From: Octopus vulgaris
Lineage: Eukaryota
DNA: 64,000 bases
Assembly (NCBI GenBank): GCA_951406725.2
Contig: OX597827.1
Location: 4,278,001-4,342,000, forward strand
Direction: 5' to 3'
The position numbers were made by a program, and so were the translations under genes. This document shows positions 1 through 13,838 of the stretch, one piece after another. The notes beneath the pieces are model-generated. The model did not search any database. It saw nothing but the letters and a program-made list of their open reading frames with translations, and was not told the origin of the DNA. The first letter of the stretch is position 1. Each line of letters opens with the position of its first letter.

Positions 1-872
1 TTTTTTACATGTGAACATGATTTACATGAATTAATAGTTGACAGGGGTGGAGCAAGGTCTTAGCTGAATGGCTCCCAGCCTGTAATAAACATTATTTCTC
101 AAACTGACTGGTTCCATACAGAGCAGCTGACAGAGAAGAACCCCTGTAGCTTATCTTTTTGTTTCATAAAACATGGAACAACTTAATGGAAGGATAATAG
201 ACCTCACAATGTAACTCATGATAGATTAGAAGGAAGTGCTAATCAGGGGCTTGAATCCAGTATTCATATATAAATAATTAACTTTATTAAAGTAAAATAT
301 ATTTATCAGCAAATTTTATCATTGTTTTGTATGTGTTGTTTTTTGTTTTTGCGTATCTCTGATAACAGAGGGAGAAACAAAAAATATTATTGCTGTGATC
401 ATCATCATCATCATCATCATCGTTTAACACCATTTTTCATGCTGACATGTGTTGGAAGAGTTGAGAGGAGGTGGCCAGCCGAGGAACTGTCCACACTTCA
501 ATTGTCTGCTTTGGCATTGTTACTATGGTTGGATGCCCTCTCTAACGCCATTCTTTGTTTTAAAGACGATAGGGTGCAATAATTTGGCTGCCATTTCCAG
601 CAGAATGCAGAGGCTCTTTCACCGATTCAAACTTTCCTTTATTTTTTTTTACACATTTTTGTATGTTTTTTGATATTGTGCGTGCGTGCATGCTTGTATG
701 CATGCATGCTTGCATGCGTGCATGTGTGTGTTTGTGTGTATTTGCTGCAGAATGGAACTGGCTTCAAATTCAGTCCCACTGTATGCACCTTCAGTGAGTG
801 TGTTCTACTATAACCTGAAGTCGGCCAGCGCTTTGTGAATGAATTTGGTAATGTGTGAAGAATCCTGTCATA

Positions 873-1040
873 TTACGTTCTGAGTTCAAATTCTGCCGGA
901 GTCGACTTTGCCTTTCATCCTTTCGGGGTCGATAAATAAAGTACCAGTTTCCCACTGGAGTCAATGTACTCGACTTAATTCCTTTGTCTGTCCTTGTTTG
1001 TCCCCTCTATGTTTAGCCCCTTGTGGGCAGTAAAGAAATA
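873..1040 (+). mobile_element. SINE family D (Nin/Deu-domain-like core), 5'-truncated
   Basis: gagttcaaattc B box followed by gtcgactttgcctttcatcctttcggggtcgataaataaagtaccag. Confidence 0.8.
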
Positions 1041-1732
1041 CAAATGTGTGTGTTTATGTCTGTATGCATGAGTTGAAGTCCAGTGTAGGTAGTTTGCTCC
1101 TTTTCTGAACACTATGCCATGATTTTCCCCTCTGTTTAGACTGACATGTCATAATTAGCTGTGACCAATTTATTGCCTTGGTACATATTTACAGCACTTA
1201 ACTGTTTTCAGTTTTAAAAAAATGTCTATTACAATTTTGTGAACAGTTTAATAAACTTCAATAAATAGCTTATATATTTTTTGTGACATGCCCTATATGA
1301 TTAATAACTGATCTACACGAACATCAGATCACCATATATAGTTGATTCCTACTTATTGCAACTGAGATTGGACATGTAATTATTTACTAATATATATATC
1401 TATCTATCTATCTATGTATATATATATAGATGAGTATCACCTTATAGCTTCATCACTGCTCTGTATTCAACTGACACTTTGTTCTGAAACTTATGTATAT
1501 AGAGTTCTACACCAGGTTATTAGTATTGCAATGCCTAAGCAAAATATTGAGCTATATATATGTATAAGAGCATCCAGCTGTAGAAACTCTGCCAGATCAA
1601 GATTGAAGCCTGGTGCAGCCATCTGGTTTGCTAGCCCTCAGTCAAATCATCCAACCCATGCTAGCATGGAAAGCGGATGTTAAACGATGATGATAATGAT
1701 ATATATATATATATATACATATGTATATATAT

Positions 1733-2058
1733 AGGAGCACTCCATCAGTTGCGACAATGAGGGTCTCAGCTGATACGATCAATGGAACAGCTTGCTCATG
1801 AAATTAACGTGCAAGTGGCTGAGCACTCCACAAACACGTGTACCCTTAACGTAGTTCTCAGGGAGATTCAGCGTGACACAGAGTGTGACGAGACTGGCCC
1901 TTTGAAATGCAGGTACAACTCATTTTTGCCAGCTGAGTAGACTGGAGCAACATGAAATTAAAGTGTCTTGCTCAAGGACACAACGCGTCACTTGGAATTG
2001 AACTCACGACCTTACAATCATGAACCGAATGCCCCTAACCACTAAGCCACGTGCTTTC
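1733..2058 (-). mobile_element. tRNA-derived SINE family C
   Basis: Minus strand tggcttagtggttagggg..gagttcaattcc..ccttgagcaagacacttt..ttgctccagtc; second full copy at 32488-32802; partial copies at 13563-13712(+) and 36520-36757(-). Confidence 0.85.
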
Positions 2059-2259
2059 ATGATACATTCATATATTTTCCGAATTTGCATAAATGTGTAT
2101 GGTTGAATATACATATATCAGTTGAATAAAGTTAAAACATCGTCTGATTTTCAGGTTTTTGTTATGGTATTTAAAAAAAAATTTATTTTTACAATGTTGA
2201 AGTGTGTTAAACATTAAAAGAAATATATATATTGTAATGTTTATAAAGTTGAATTAGCA

Positions 2260-2800
2260 CTTAGAAACAAGCAGGAAAAGGGGTGTACTATAGTAGATGA
2301 TCCAAATACGAGAAACATACAACTTATAGAACTCAAAGGATTTCCGCTCAAGCAAAATCAACCTCTCCTACTTAGATGGTTACTTAGTTTTGATCATTTA
2401 GGTCCTCGATCAAAACAAATTTGCCAATCATGAAACAAAGTGAAAGATTAACCTCCACCATATAACAATCAGTTAATGACATGGATTAAAAAATACTTGT
2501 AAACAAATTACAGAAGCCTCCCATTAATTGAAATAACCAACTAAGCTTGCTCCCTCATAAAACCATTACACGTAAACTGCATGCTAATTTGTTAAAATAA
2601 GGGCAGGATCTATTCCAGTAATATCAGTATTCCTGGCACACTGTGACATTTAAGCAACATGTGGATTGGTCAAAACCATATTCCAAATCTCAAGTTACTA
2701 GAAGTATTAGAAGATAGGGAATTCATTAGCTCTCTCCTTAACTAAAACTATTCTTTCCTTATAAGGGATTCTACTTCTGATTCCCTCAGTAAAAACAGAT
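2260..2800 (+). mobile_element. Possible decayed L1/Tx1-like LINE fragment
   Basis: KQEKGCTIVDD..IELK is weakly similar to the K.EGGLG..D..LK motif; many stops. Confidence 0.25.
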
Positions 2801-2811
2801 ATATGAATACT

Positions 2812-3361
2812 CATTGTGTTCCAGAATTAATTATCTATTTCAGTGAAATCAGATAATTTTTTTTAAAAAGCTTTTGTTTATCTTTATCATGTTCAACGTG
2901 TTAAAATGTATAAATTTTTAATTGTGTTTATAATTTTATAATTTTTATAATTTTTTAATAATTTTATTTTCATTTTTGTTGGGTCCCACTTATCTGTTCC
3001 ACAACAGTTTTTTTTTTTTTTTTCAATTTGGCTGTAATTATTTTCTCTGCCTCCAACCTTATGATGAAGCAATAATTTAGCTTGAACTTAAAGAATGCAT
3101 TCAATTAGCAGTTCAGGAGATAACACTTGAAATCCTCAAAATATGTTTCCCAACACTAATGATAGATATGAAATTTGCAGGGATACAGACAGAGCACACG
3201 ATGAAGGTTTTCAATAATGTTTTGACATAAGATTTATAAATCTATTTGTTTTGGTATCATAATTAATTAACGAACATAGAATTCTGTCCGTTTATTTTTC
3301 TTTTTAAATTTAATTTGTCTGATTTCATTGAAATGGACAGTTAATTCTGGGACACCCTATA
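2812..3361. mobile_element. Tc1/mariner-type MITE with terminal inverted repeats of about 45 bp
   Basis: gtgttccagaattaattatctatttcagtgaaatcagat matches the reverse complement of gtctgatttcattgaaatggacagttaattctgggacaccctata; right end is TA-flanked. Confidence 0.7.
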
Positions 3362-3905
3362 TATACACACAGACACACACAGACACTCACACACACGTGC
3401 ACGCATGCACACACACACACACACACATACACACATATATGTTTAGACACACATACACACATAGACTTATATTTCCTTTTCCTTCTCCCCTTCCCTCTTT
3501 ATCCAATGCAATTATTAAAATTGCAGCCCTTCATTCCCATACATTTACTGCTGCCCTACATTTCTCACTAATCAGATTTTGTATGGGATGAGTTTATGTA
3601 AATACTATAGCATATTTCTGTAAATGGAATTTTACAAAATTATTATTACATTTATATGAATGGAAAGCTCACAGATTACAATGTAACCAGACGTATCAAA
3701 ATTGATTTCTTTTTAAAATGTAATTATTTTATTCTAATACAGCTGTGGTGTTTTCAAACTTATTTTGATGACAAGCCCTTGTAGTTCTAAAAATCTCAGG
3801 ACCCATATTTTCATTTTGTGAACAACGCCTTCACCATCAACCTAAATTCAATAAGGCATTAAATGCAACAAAATTTGTTTTAGAAAGAAAAATCATTTAA
3901 ATAAA

Positions 3906-3997
<92 letters not shown>

Positions 3998-4907
3998 TGT
4001 TTTAACATACACTTTTCCAAGTTTGCATGATTCACACAGAATTCATGACAGATTTCTTTATGGCTTGACACAATTTCTACTGCAATCCCACATCAATTTC
4101 CAAGTAAGGTAATATTCACCCTCGGTCAGACATGTTTTCACGGAAGACTGGAAATAAATTATACCGCATGTATGATGGTAATGCTCATTTACAACAATCA
4201 CAAAATATTAAGTCAAGGAGATGCAAACACATATATAAGGCAGTTCATAAATATTCTTTCCACTTCTGTAATTTATTGTATCATCTAGATGAGTTACATG
4301 CAACCAATGGAGACCATGTGGAAGCATTCTGATATTTCCAATAAAACTTTATTTGTTTGCCAATAAACTCTGTGGAGTTACCCTTATTTGGGGGGAGGAG
4401 TTAAGTTCATTACATCAATCTCAGTGGTCAATTTTCATTAAATTGAAGGATTACTCAAATGGTAGAATACAAATTTATTATTCTTTAAGAAGAAGAATAT
4501 TGACAGTGACTTCGAAGTTTTATACAACTAAGCCATAATCTAACTGTGAAGTATTCGAGTTCATCTTGGCTTTATATTGTGTCTGTTAAGCTCAAATTTT
4601 CTAGGGAATGATAATTAGGTTTTATGGCATGGTAGGTTGTGATGACATAATGTTATGAAGAATTTTCATTGTTTGAATTTATTCCTGCATGCAGAACTTC
4701 ACCACAATCAGGTGTGTATATTTGGGTGTGTCCTCTTCAGGTTATAGCAGTTCACAAAAAGAATGCAGTTAGGTTGTTGGTTTTTATTTGGATATTAATG
4801 AGATATGAGTGTATGATGCATCCTGACCTTTGTAATTAGATGTGTTTATTAGTTATGTCAACTGTTAGGTGATGGGCTTTTAATGATTCTCAAAAGAATG
4901 TAAGTAG

Positions 4908-5183
4908 TGGAGGCACATGGCCTAGTGGTTAGAGCAGCGGACTCACAGTCAAGGGATCGCGGGTTCGAATCTCAGACTGGGTGGTGTGTGTGTTTATGAG
5001 CGAAACACCTAAGCTCCGGCAGAAGGTAATGGCGAACCTCTGCTGACTCACTCTTTCCTCCTGCGTCTTGCAGCTCACCTGCGACGGACTGGTGTCCAGT
5101 CCAGGTGGGGAGCTTATATGCCAAGAAACTGGGAAACCGGCCCTTATGAGCCAGGCATGGCTCGAGAAGGAACAAAAAAAAAG
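4908..5183 (+). mobile_element. Full-length tRNA-derived SINE (family E) with 13-bp target-site duplication
   Basis: A box tggcctagtgg, B box ggttcgaatc; V-domain-like cctgcgacggactggtgtccagtccagg; A-rich tail; agaatgtaagtag duplicated at 4895-4907 and 5184-5196. Confidence 0.9.
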
Positions 5184-5479
5184 AGAATGTAAGTAGGTGG
5201 TAAGATTTAAGTTTGTTGGTAGGCTGGTAGTATTTAGGGTTTTTCAATTGTTTGTATTGAGATGATGTTGGTCAGCATACATTTTATATCGTTATTAGTA
5301 TGGAAAATTTGTTAATCAAAATGTTTTAGTATTCACAGGAAGATATAGGTAGTTTTAAAAGTTATGGTGCAGCATATTTGTCTTCTCCAGAAGATTCATT
5401 GTTCTGTAAATTATTTTGTTGCTATTGTGAAGATTTATAAATATTTCTTCTATTTGGTTCCAAGCATGAGTATTTTATA

Positions 5480-5752
5480 CCGCCTTGACTGGCTTCCATG
5501 CCGGTGGCACGTTAAAAGTACCAACCGATCGTGGCCGATGCCAGACTCCCCTGGCACCTGTGCAGGTGGCACGTAAAAAGCACCCACTACACTCACGGAG
5601 TGGTTGGCATTAGGAAGGGCATCCAGCTGTAGAAACACTGCCAAATCAGACTGGAGCCTGGTGCAGCCTCCTGGCTTCTCAGACCCCGGTCGACCGTCCA
5701 ACCCATGCTGGCGCAGAAAACGGACGTTAAACGATGATGATGATGATGATGA
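5480..5752 (+). mobile_element. SINE-like family B with (GAT)n tail
   Basis: Core gtggttggcattaggaagggcatccagctgtagaaac and end ggacgttaaacgatgatgat; partial copies near 400-560(-), 1570-1700, 15030-15145, 20480-20635, 28895-29015(-) and 60890-61060. Confidence 0.85.
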
Positions 5753-6222
5753 TAATTGTTTTGACTCATGAAAATATGCAAAAATTGGTCCAGGAATTCC
5801 AAGCCAGGTTACTCTTCTTATTCTCCTTGCATATATGTATGCCTGGGTTTTTTTTATTTGTGTTTTTTTTTCTTTGGTATGTGTATAACTTATTTTTGAA
5901 AATTTTATAGGAATATTTTTTGAAAAAATTGGCAACTCTTAGTTACTTTCTGTAGAACTTGTTTAGTGTAGAGTTGTAATATCAGTTTTTGTGTGTATTA
6001 TGGTAGTTTATAGTGAAAGTGGAGATTGGAGAAAGGATATGGGGAGATATTTTCATATTTAGCCATTTGATAAAAATTATTGATTTGAAATATTTGAGTG
6101 TTTTGCAGATTTTGTGCTTGCATGAAGAGTCTAATTCAGAATTTTAGTTCAGAATTTGGTTCTTTAATGTAAGAACATGATATAGGGTGTTGGAACAATT
6201 TTGGCAGTGTTTCTTGTATAGT

Positions 6223-6324
<102 letters not shown>

Positions 6325-6489
6325 ACTTCCTTCAGTTTCTGTCTGCTCATACCCAAGGTGCCATGCAACGGGATTGAACTTGAGTCTATGTGGTTGGTAG
6401 GCAAACTTCTTAACCACATAGCTATATATATTACAAGGTAATGCTTCAACAAATAGAAAAACACTTGATTAACTAAGAGAGTTAAGATA

Positions 6490-6543
<54 letters not shown>

Positions 6544-7333
6544 TATACATGGTTTTGAATAGATAAATAGGTAGATATAGACATCAGTTTAAAATGTTGG
6601 CACATGGCCACCAATTTTGAGGGAGTGAGTAAGTTGATTACATTAATTCCCAAAAGGATGAAAGGCAAAGTCCATCTTGCCAGAATTTGAACTCAGAACA
6701 TAAAAATAGACAAAATGGTGCTAAACATTTTGCCTGGCGTGCTAATAAATTTGCCAGCTCACTACCTTTGGATAGCTATAGACATTGATAATTTATATGC
6801 ATGTATATTTATGTGTGTGTATGCATATATATATATATATATATATATATGTTTGTGTGTCTATGTGTGTGTTACTGTGTCTGTGAGTGTGTGTATTAAT
6901 TACATCAGTTTACCATTAATAATAATTATAATCATAATTTCTAACATTATTGGAAATGTGTAATCAATTTAATCATCCTCAGTACTTTTTATTGTGACTT
7001 ATTTTTATGAGCCCTAATGGAATTAAAGAACCAAAGACAACCTCACCGAATTTGATCTCTCAATGTAAGCAGACACAGCTACTAACAACTACAATACATT
7101 TTGATCCAACATTCTACGATTTCTGATACTTATTAGATTGATAATGATTGATGATCGTAATGACAAATGATATTAACGATAATGATAATTGGTGCACAGG
7201 GTACAATAAAAATAATTTACAGTCACAAAACATAAGTAGTATCTCATGGTCTGTTGCTTTACACAGACTACAAAATTAGACCAACTTAGTACAACATAAG
7301 TACCAAACAACTGAACAACACAATCCTCACTGC

Positions 7334-7380
<47 letters not shown>

Positions 7381-7485
7381 TTTATATGTGTATATATATA
7401 TATGTGTGTGTGTGTATATGTATATATATATATGTATGTATTTTCCTCCTTCTTCCTTTACTTTGGGGCTTTCCTATGTCTCCTG

Positions 7486-7516
7486 TTTCTGAAGAAGAGC
7501 TATGCTCGAAACATAA
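7486..7516 (+). ncRNA. Minimal hammerhead-like motif
   Basis: CTGAAGA-agagctatgctc-GAAA-ca-TA; related decayed copies at 8157-8192(+), 27333-27365(+) and 33741-33780(-). Confidence 0.5.
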
Positions 7517-7691
7517 TGCAACCACTCTTTCTTTCCTTCTCGAGCATTTCATTAATACTTTCCATGCATTATGTCCCCATGTTGTGGGTTTTTCTTTTTT
7601 TTTTTCTCTCTTTCATTTTAATTAACATATATAATGTGGTTCGTTCGAATTTTCGCTTCGTTCCGTCTCTTTTTTCCTCACAGTATTGTTT

Positions 7692-7759
<68 letters not shown>

Positions 7760-7761
<2 letters not shown>

Positions 7762-7940
7762 ATAATTTACAAAATAAGCCCCGAAATCTGGATCAATACG
7801 GTAATAACGAATTTTTTAGAAATTTCTATCGGTTTGTTTCAAGACGCATAAATTATAATGGTTATTGACAATTTTTGTCTTTTTTTCGGCATATTTGGCA
7901 TTAGAATTTTTCTTTTGCCCTTATTTTGTAAATTATTTAT
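7760..7940. mobile_element. Short MITE-like element with 18-bp terminal inverted repeats next to (TA)n
   Basis: aataatttacaaaataag at 7761 and cttattttgtaaattatt at 7920. Confidence 0.55.
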
Positions 7941-8038
7941 AAATTTAACCTTTAAAGGTATTTTTTGATATGCTGGCCATTGATAAAAAATTTTTCCCCA
8001 CAAAAATTTTATCCTACATTAGTTATATATATTTGTGC

Positions 8039-8095
<57 letters not shown>

Positions 8096-8309
8096 AGTGC
8101 TTGACTGCTAAATCTACAGGATTTTTTCCATTCCCTGTATATTTTCTCTTATTACTTTCTATTGAAGAGCATAAACTTGAAATGTAAAAGACTTTTTCAT
8201 TTCCCCAAGTGTCAAACACATACACCCGCTTCTTGTTCACACACCTGTCTTTGTCTTCTGATTTTCTATGAATTTCAACTATATATATATATATATATAT
8301 ATATGTTTG

Positions 8310-8343
<34 letters not shown>

Positions 8344-9413
8344 CGCACAAACACACATATGTTCTTGACCCCCAGACAGAAGATAAATTGTTTTTGCTTC
8401 AAATTTTTATTAATTTTTACTGATTTTTGATAAGATGAGTTTCATTGAAACTGATATTATTTTCTTTATATAATTTTTAAAATCATTTTTATTGAATTCC
8501 CTCTTAAATTGAAATGTCTTAGACTTACTTCTGTGCTATTTCCATCTCCGTCTTTTATATATATGTGTGTGTGTGTGCATGCATGTGTATGTGTGTGTGC
8601 GTGCATGCGTATATCAATATACACTTCTTTCTTTCTCTCTGATTCCTCTACCCACACTATCACGTTAGCCAGTAGAATAAACACATAAGTCTATTTATAG
8701 AAACTTGACCATTCTTAATATTCTTCCCTTCCATTTTGTGGCTTACTGCTCACTTTAGAAGCCCCACCTCCTATACCTTTATCTGTACCATCCCTTAATG
8801 CCATTCTAACATATTACCCCCAACCCATACACCTCACACATATTCATTATTTACATTCTTATCTCTTCCTACTCCTCCCCAGCCTCTACTCCTCCCCTCT
8901 CCCCTCATAATATCTTGACCACCATCAATTCGTTTTTCACTTTCTTACACTTTTTTCATTCTCTCTTCTTGCTTTCATTTTCTCTTCCTCTTTCTTTCCT
9001 TCTTCTTTTCTCACCTATTCCTTTGACCTCTCTCTTCATTTTGAAATACACCTCTCTTCTCCCCTCTCTATCTGCTTAAGACTACCACTGCATTCTCAAA
9101 TTTTCATTCACACCACAAGACCCCTTTGAATAAACAGCACATGGAATCTATGTCTCCACACCTTCCATTTGTGATGACAAAATATGAACTTGTATTGGAA
9201 TTTACATACTATGGACAAGAAGCATTTCTACAACTTCTACTCACCACTTCTATTGGATAATGGAACTGCAACTATAACATCCTACATATATTTTCATTTT
9301 TGTTCCTACATTCATTCTCCTACTTCCCTATATACTCCTTATTTGGTACTTTTTCCAAAATAACTCCTCATATTGAGCTCTAATATTTCCCTCTATTTAG
9401 CCATCTCACATCA

Positions 9414-9459
9414 TCTCTGATGAAGGGATATCCCTAAAATCTCCGAAACAGCTGTAAGA
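9414..9459 (+). ncRNA. Minimal type I hammerhead ribozyme motif (Penelope-like)
   Basis: tct-CTGATGA-agggat..atctcc-GAAA-cagctg-TA-aga: intact core, palindromic stem III (acagctgt), 3-bp stem I. Confidence 0.7.
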
Positions 9460-9525
9460 CTACCTTTCTCTTTATAAATGTCCTGAAAATTCCACACAGC
9501 CTTAGCTTTGTTGTTTCATTTTATT

Positions 9526-9572
<47 letters not shown>

Positions 9573-10271
9573 ACACACACATAACAAATGAGCGAAAGAG
9601 AAAATGGAATTCACAGGATTCTTTATTTATCATGATTTATCTGAGTCAGCTCAGAGCTATAGAAGAATACCCTTGCCTAAAGTGCCATGTGTTGTGTTTG
9701 AACCTGGAACCACGTGGTTGCAAACCATGATTCATAACCACACAGCCATGCTTGCATCTATATTCAGCAAATAAACAAAAAATAAAGATGTGTTGGAGAA
9801 TCTCTAGTATTTCACAGTAGCATTTCACATACTGTGATTGCGAAGAAAGTATTTGAAGTCAGAAGTCATCTAACACTGTTCTCAGATTAAGAAAGTAAGG
9901 CAGACAACTCCAACTGTTTAAGGCTTATTAGCTTTTGTCAGTTGAAGTATAGCATTTTCCATTGCTTACTGGCTCTCCAGTCACTAGCTTATTTTATACA
10001 ATAGAACATATGAGGAGGAAAAGAAGTTTAGTGATGAATAGGTATCTCAGTCCTAAGTTATGTAACTCCTTTCAACAAGATATTATTCACATTCTATGTA
10101 AGACAATTACAACACAATAACAGAAATCCTACCACACACACACATATACATCCTACACAATTCTAACATTGTAATAAGCACTTTTGCAAATAATAAACAA
10201 ACAGTGAAATATTGTAAATTTGATGCAATACAAATAATTTCCCTCTGCACCAAACAATATACTGCATTCAC

Positions 10272-10313
10272 CTTAGAAATATAGCCAATATGCAGAAATG
10301 CACATCTGGTGCA
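10272..10313 (-). other. Candidate 42-nt exon
   Basis: Acceptor tttttttttccag, donor AAG|gtgaat; open in two frames. Confidence 0.35.
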
Positions 10314-10465
10314 CTGGAAAAAAAAATCACAGGCATATGAATCTACTTGAAAATAAATACTATTAATAACAATGATAATAAGAAAAGTATCAATAGCAAC
10401 AACTGCTACTACTACTACTATTACTACTATTACTACTACTAATAATAATGATGATGATGATGATG

Positions 10466-10522
<57 letters not shown>

Positions 10523-10870
10523 GCAACAAAAATCAACAATGGTCAGGATGTTGATGGTGATGACAGCGTTGATGATGATGATGATGATGATGATGTCAAC
10601 AATAAGATAATGATAAGCAGGAGGAAAGGGAAGAGGAGGAGGAGGAAGAGGAGGAGGATATATTTCATTTGATAATTTTCTTGATTCTGTTTCAGTTTTA
10701 GAAACAATAAAATAAACCCAAAGAAACATCAAAACTGACGTAGCATGCAATCACAATTATTCTATCTCCACAAAAGAGAGAAACGTGAAGATGCACTTGG
10801 TGGTGAATGGAATAGTAGAAACATCCATATGATACTTGGAAATAATAATAATAATAATAATAATAGGTTC

Positions 10871-11027
10871 AGGAGTGGCTGTGTGGTAAGTAGCTTACTT
10901 ATCAACCACATGGTTCTGGGTTCATTCCCACTGTGTGGCACCTTGGGCAAGTGTCTTCTACTATAGCTTCGGGCCGACCAAAGCTTTGTGAGTGGATTTG
11001 GTAGATGGAAACTGCAAGAAGCCTGTC

Positions 11028-11077
<50 letters not shown>

Positions 11078-11301
11078 GTATGTTTGTGTGTCTGTGTTTG
11101 TCCCCTCAATATCGCTTGACAACCGATGCTGGTGTGTTTACGTCCCCTGTAACTTAGGCGTTCGGCAAAAGAGACTGATAGAATAAGTACTAGGCTTACA
11201 AAGAATAAGTCCTGGGGTCGATTTGCTCAACTAAAGGCAGTGCTCCAGCATGGCCGCAGTCAAATGACTGAAACAAGTAAAAGAGTAAAAGAGTAAGAGT
11301 A
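10871..11301 (+). mobile_element. Full-length SINE family A (tRNA-like head, internal (TA)/(TG) microsatellite, (AAAGAGT)n tail)
   Basis: aggagtggctgtgtggtaag...ccttgggcaagtgtcttct...gcagtcaaatgactgaaacaagtaaaagagt; many copies in the window. Confidence 0.9.
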
Positions 11302-13279
11302 ATGATGATGATGATGATGATGATGATTTTCAAATCAAGACCAGAAACTTCGGGGCAGGAGGTAAGTCAATTTCAACAACTCCAATTCTCGACTGGTACT
11401 TATTCTAGCGACCCCAAAAGGATGGAAGATAAAGTCAACCTTGGAGGAATTTGAACTCAGAACAAAAAAATTAAATAATGATAATTGTACAATGGCTCTC
11501 ATGGCTTCTGATCTTAACAGATTAGAAGTGTTAACATGTACATGTTTTACCTTGGTGAGCATTGCCACAGATTTGCTTGTCAGCTGCTTGACCATAATCA
11601 GTTGAGCATGTCCTTTAGTGGCTGACAATATGTGCACCTCTGATCTTGTGCAGAGGTAGGAGGAGAGCAGCAGAGCCATGTGTTAAGAGGGATTCTTTTG
11701 GACTTGAATGAATCACCCTTCGAAACATGTTCATCATCTTTAAACAGCCCTTATTCAGGGGCCTTTTGTGTGGGATGGGCTACTCAACCTGAAGAAAATT
11801 TTTAACTGGGTCCCACCTACTAGTTCATGCACTGTTTATTTTGATATGAAGCCACCTTATTGAACACACATGGTTGCGATGCATGTACTTGGTGTACTCT
11901 TATCAGATAGCTAATCATGATAAGTATATTGGGTTTTGTATATTTGTACCCCAGCATCATTTTGATGGTGCGTGTTGCACTCTCACTTGATAATAATATT
12001 AATAATAATAATGATTTCAGATTTTAGCGCAAGGCCAGTCATTTTATATAATGCTATATTTACTATAATACTATATAATACTATATTTGTTAATACTATA
12101 TTAATACTATATAATAATAGTATATATATATAGTATATATATAATAATACTATATTAATACTATCCAATAATACTATATTTGTTCCACGTCCTCGCGTTG
12201 TTGTGTTTTTTTTTTGTGCTTTCTTGTTTGGATTAACTATATATATATATATATAGTGTGTGTGTGTGTACAAATATGTTAGTGCTTGTGTGAGTTGTCT
12301 GGCCTTTTTTTGTTTATGTTTGTAGGTGTCCACTAATTGTAAGTCCTTTTATGTCAAATTGTAACTGAGCAATTCAATAAATATATTTAGCTAAGATAAT
12401 TAGCTGTAACAAATACTGGTGTAGAGGGAGGTCAAAATGTGGTGCCCCAGTATGGTCCTGCGTTTATAACTGAAGTCACTAAAGGAATAAAATGGGAGAT
12501 TGTCAACCTCATATATACAGTTTCTGCAGAAGTTTACCATTACAAACCTCTGTTTAGCACTGAATGATCTAATTGCAAAAAAGCTATCGACAGCTTCTTT
12601 GTGGCTAACACAAGATGAGTAGAAAATCTTAGGTGGAATTAAGAATCTGGTGTGGTGTTATCAATGTCTAACTAGGATTTCTTAGTTTAACAGCAGACTA
12701 CAGTGCTGCTTTGTGAATGTTCTTAATCTCAAAGAATAAGTAGATGTACAGGCTTATTGATTGTAATTTTTTCTGTTTTACTGATACTTATATACAATGA
12801 TAACATTCACATTACATAAGCATCTATGCAAACAAACACATGTACAACCTATGTACAAGTGCATGTGTGTATGTATGCATTGTCTGTCTGAGTGTATCAC
12901 TCTCTCATTCTCTTCACCCTCTCTCTCTGTCAACTTCTCCCTCCCTCTCTCCTCCTCCACCTGTGTGTGTGTGTGTGTGTGTAATTGAATGTAGACTGAA
13001 TTAAAATAAAAGCTACTAATAGTTTCTTGCCATTGAGATAAGACATGTGGTTAGGCAGATTTCTATAATGAGCTTTGTTGTCTCCAAGCAATCTTCGGGC
13101 TCTGGGTACAGGGTTTGTTCTATTTGAAGAATAGGACACAGGTACGAGAGAAACCACAAGAAAAAAAAAAAAAAGAAAAATGTTTCCACAAAAAGTGGAA
13201 TGAGAAGATAAAGTGTAAATAAAAACAGGATAATGAAAGGAAGGAAAAGAAAGAAAATTAGAGTTACATCCCCTCTTAC

Positions 13280-13434
13280 CATAAAAATCGTAATTAAACT
13301 AATTGGTGTAGAATAATCCAATGGAGCAGTGTCCAAAGTCTGTGAGTCAACTGCTCAATCCATATGCTTGCATTTGCTGAAAATTTTGGTTCTGGAATTA
13401 AGCAGTGTGGTGGAATTCATGGATCTTGTGGATC
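13280..13434 (-). other. Candidate spliced exon, apparently non-coding or 5'UTR (stops in all three frames, ends in ATG)
   Basis: Acceptor ttctgttgaaatag, donor ATG|gtaaga; unique sequence with raised GC. Confidence 0.35.
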
Positions 13435-13456
13435 CTATTTCAACAGAACAATAAAC

Positions 13457-13498
<42 letters not shown>

Positions 13499-13804
13499 TA
13501 TGTATATATACATACATATGTATATATACATACATATATACATGCAGTGTATGCCAGAGTGAAGGCGCATGGCTCAGTGGTTAGAGCGTTGAGCTTACAA
13601 TTGTGAGGTTGTGAGTTCGAATCCTAGACCAGGCTGTATGTTGTGTTCTTGAGCAAGACACTTTATTTCACATTGCTCCAGTTCACGCAGCTGTAGAAAT
13701 GAGTTGTGACGTCTATATATATATATATATATATATGCTAGAGATAGAGAGTGAATCCCAAACATTGTAAGTATATTTGTATGTCTGCAATATTTATATA
13801 CATT

Positions 13805-13838
<34 letters not shown>

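Noticed and set aside
4908-4980. tRNA gene (also 13563-13630 and 22115-22190)
   Set aside because: A and B boxes are present, but the sequences continue into SINE bodies, one with a target-site duplication, and no complete cloverleaf is evident.
13280-13434. Selenocysteine read-through of the single TGA in one frame
   Set aside because: No selenoprotein motif or SECIS element was recognised.
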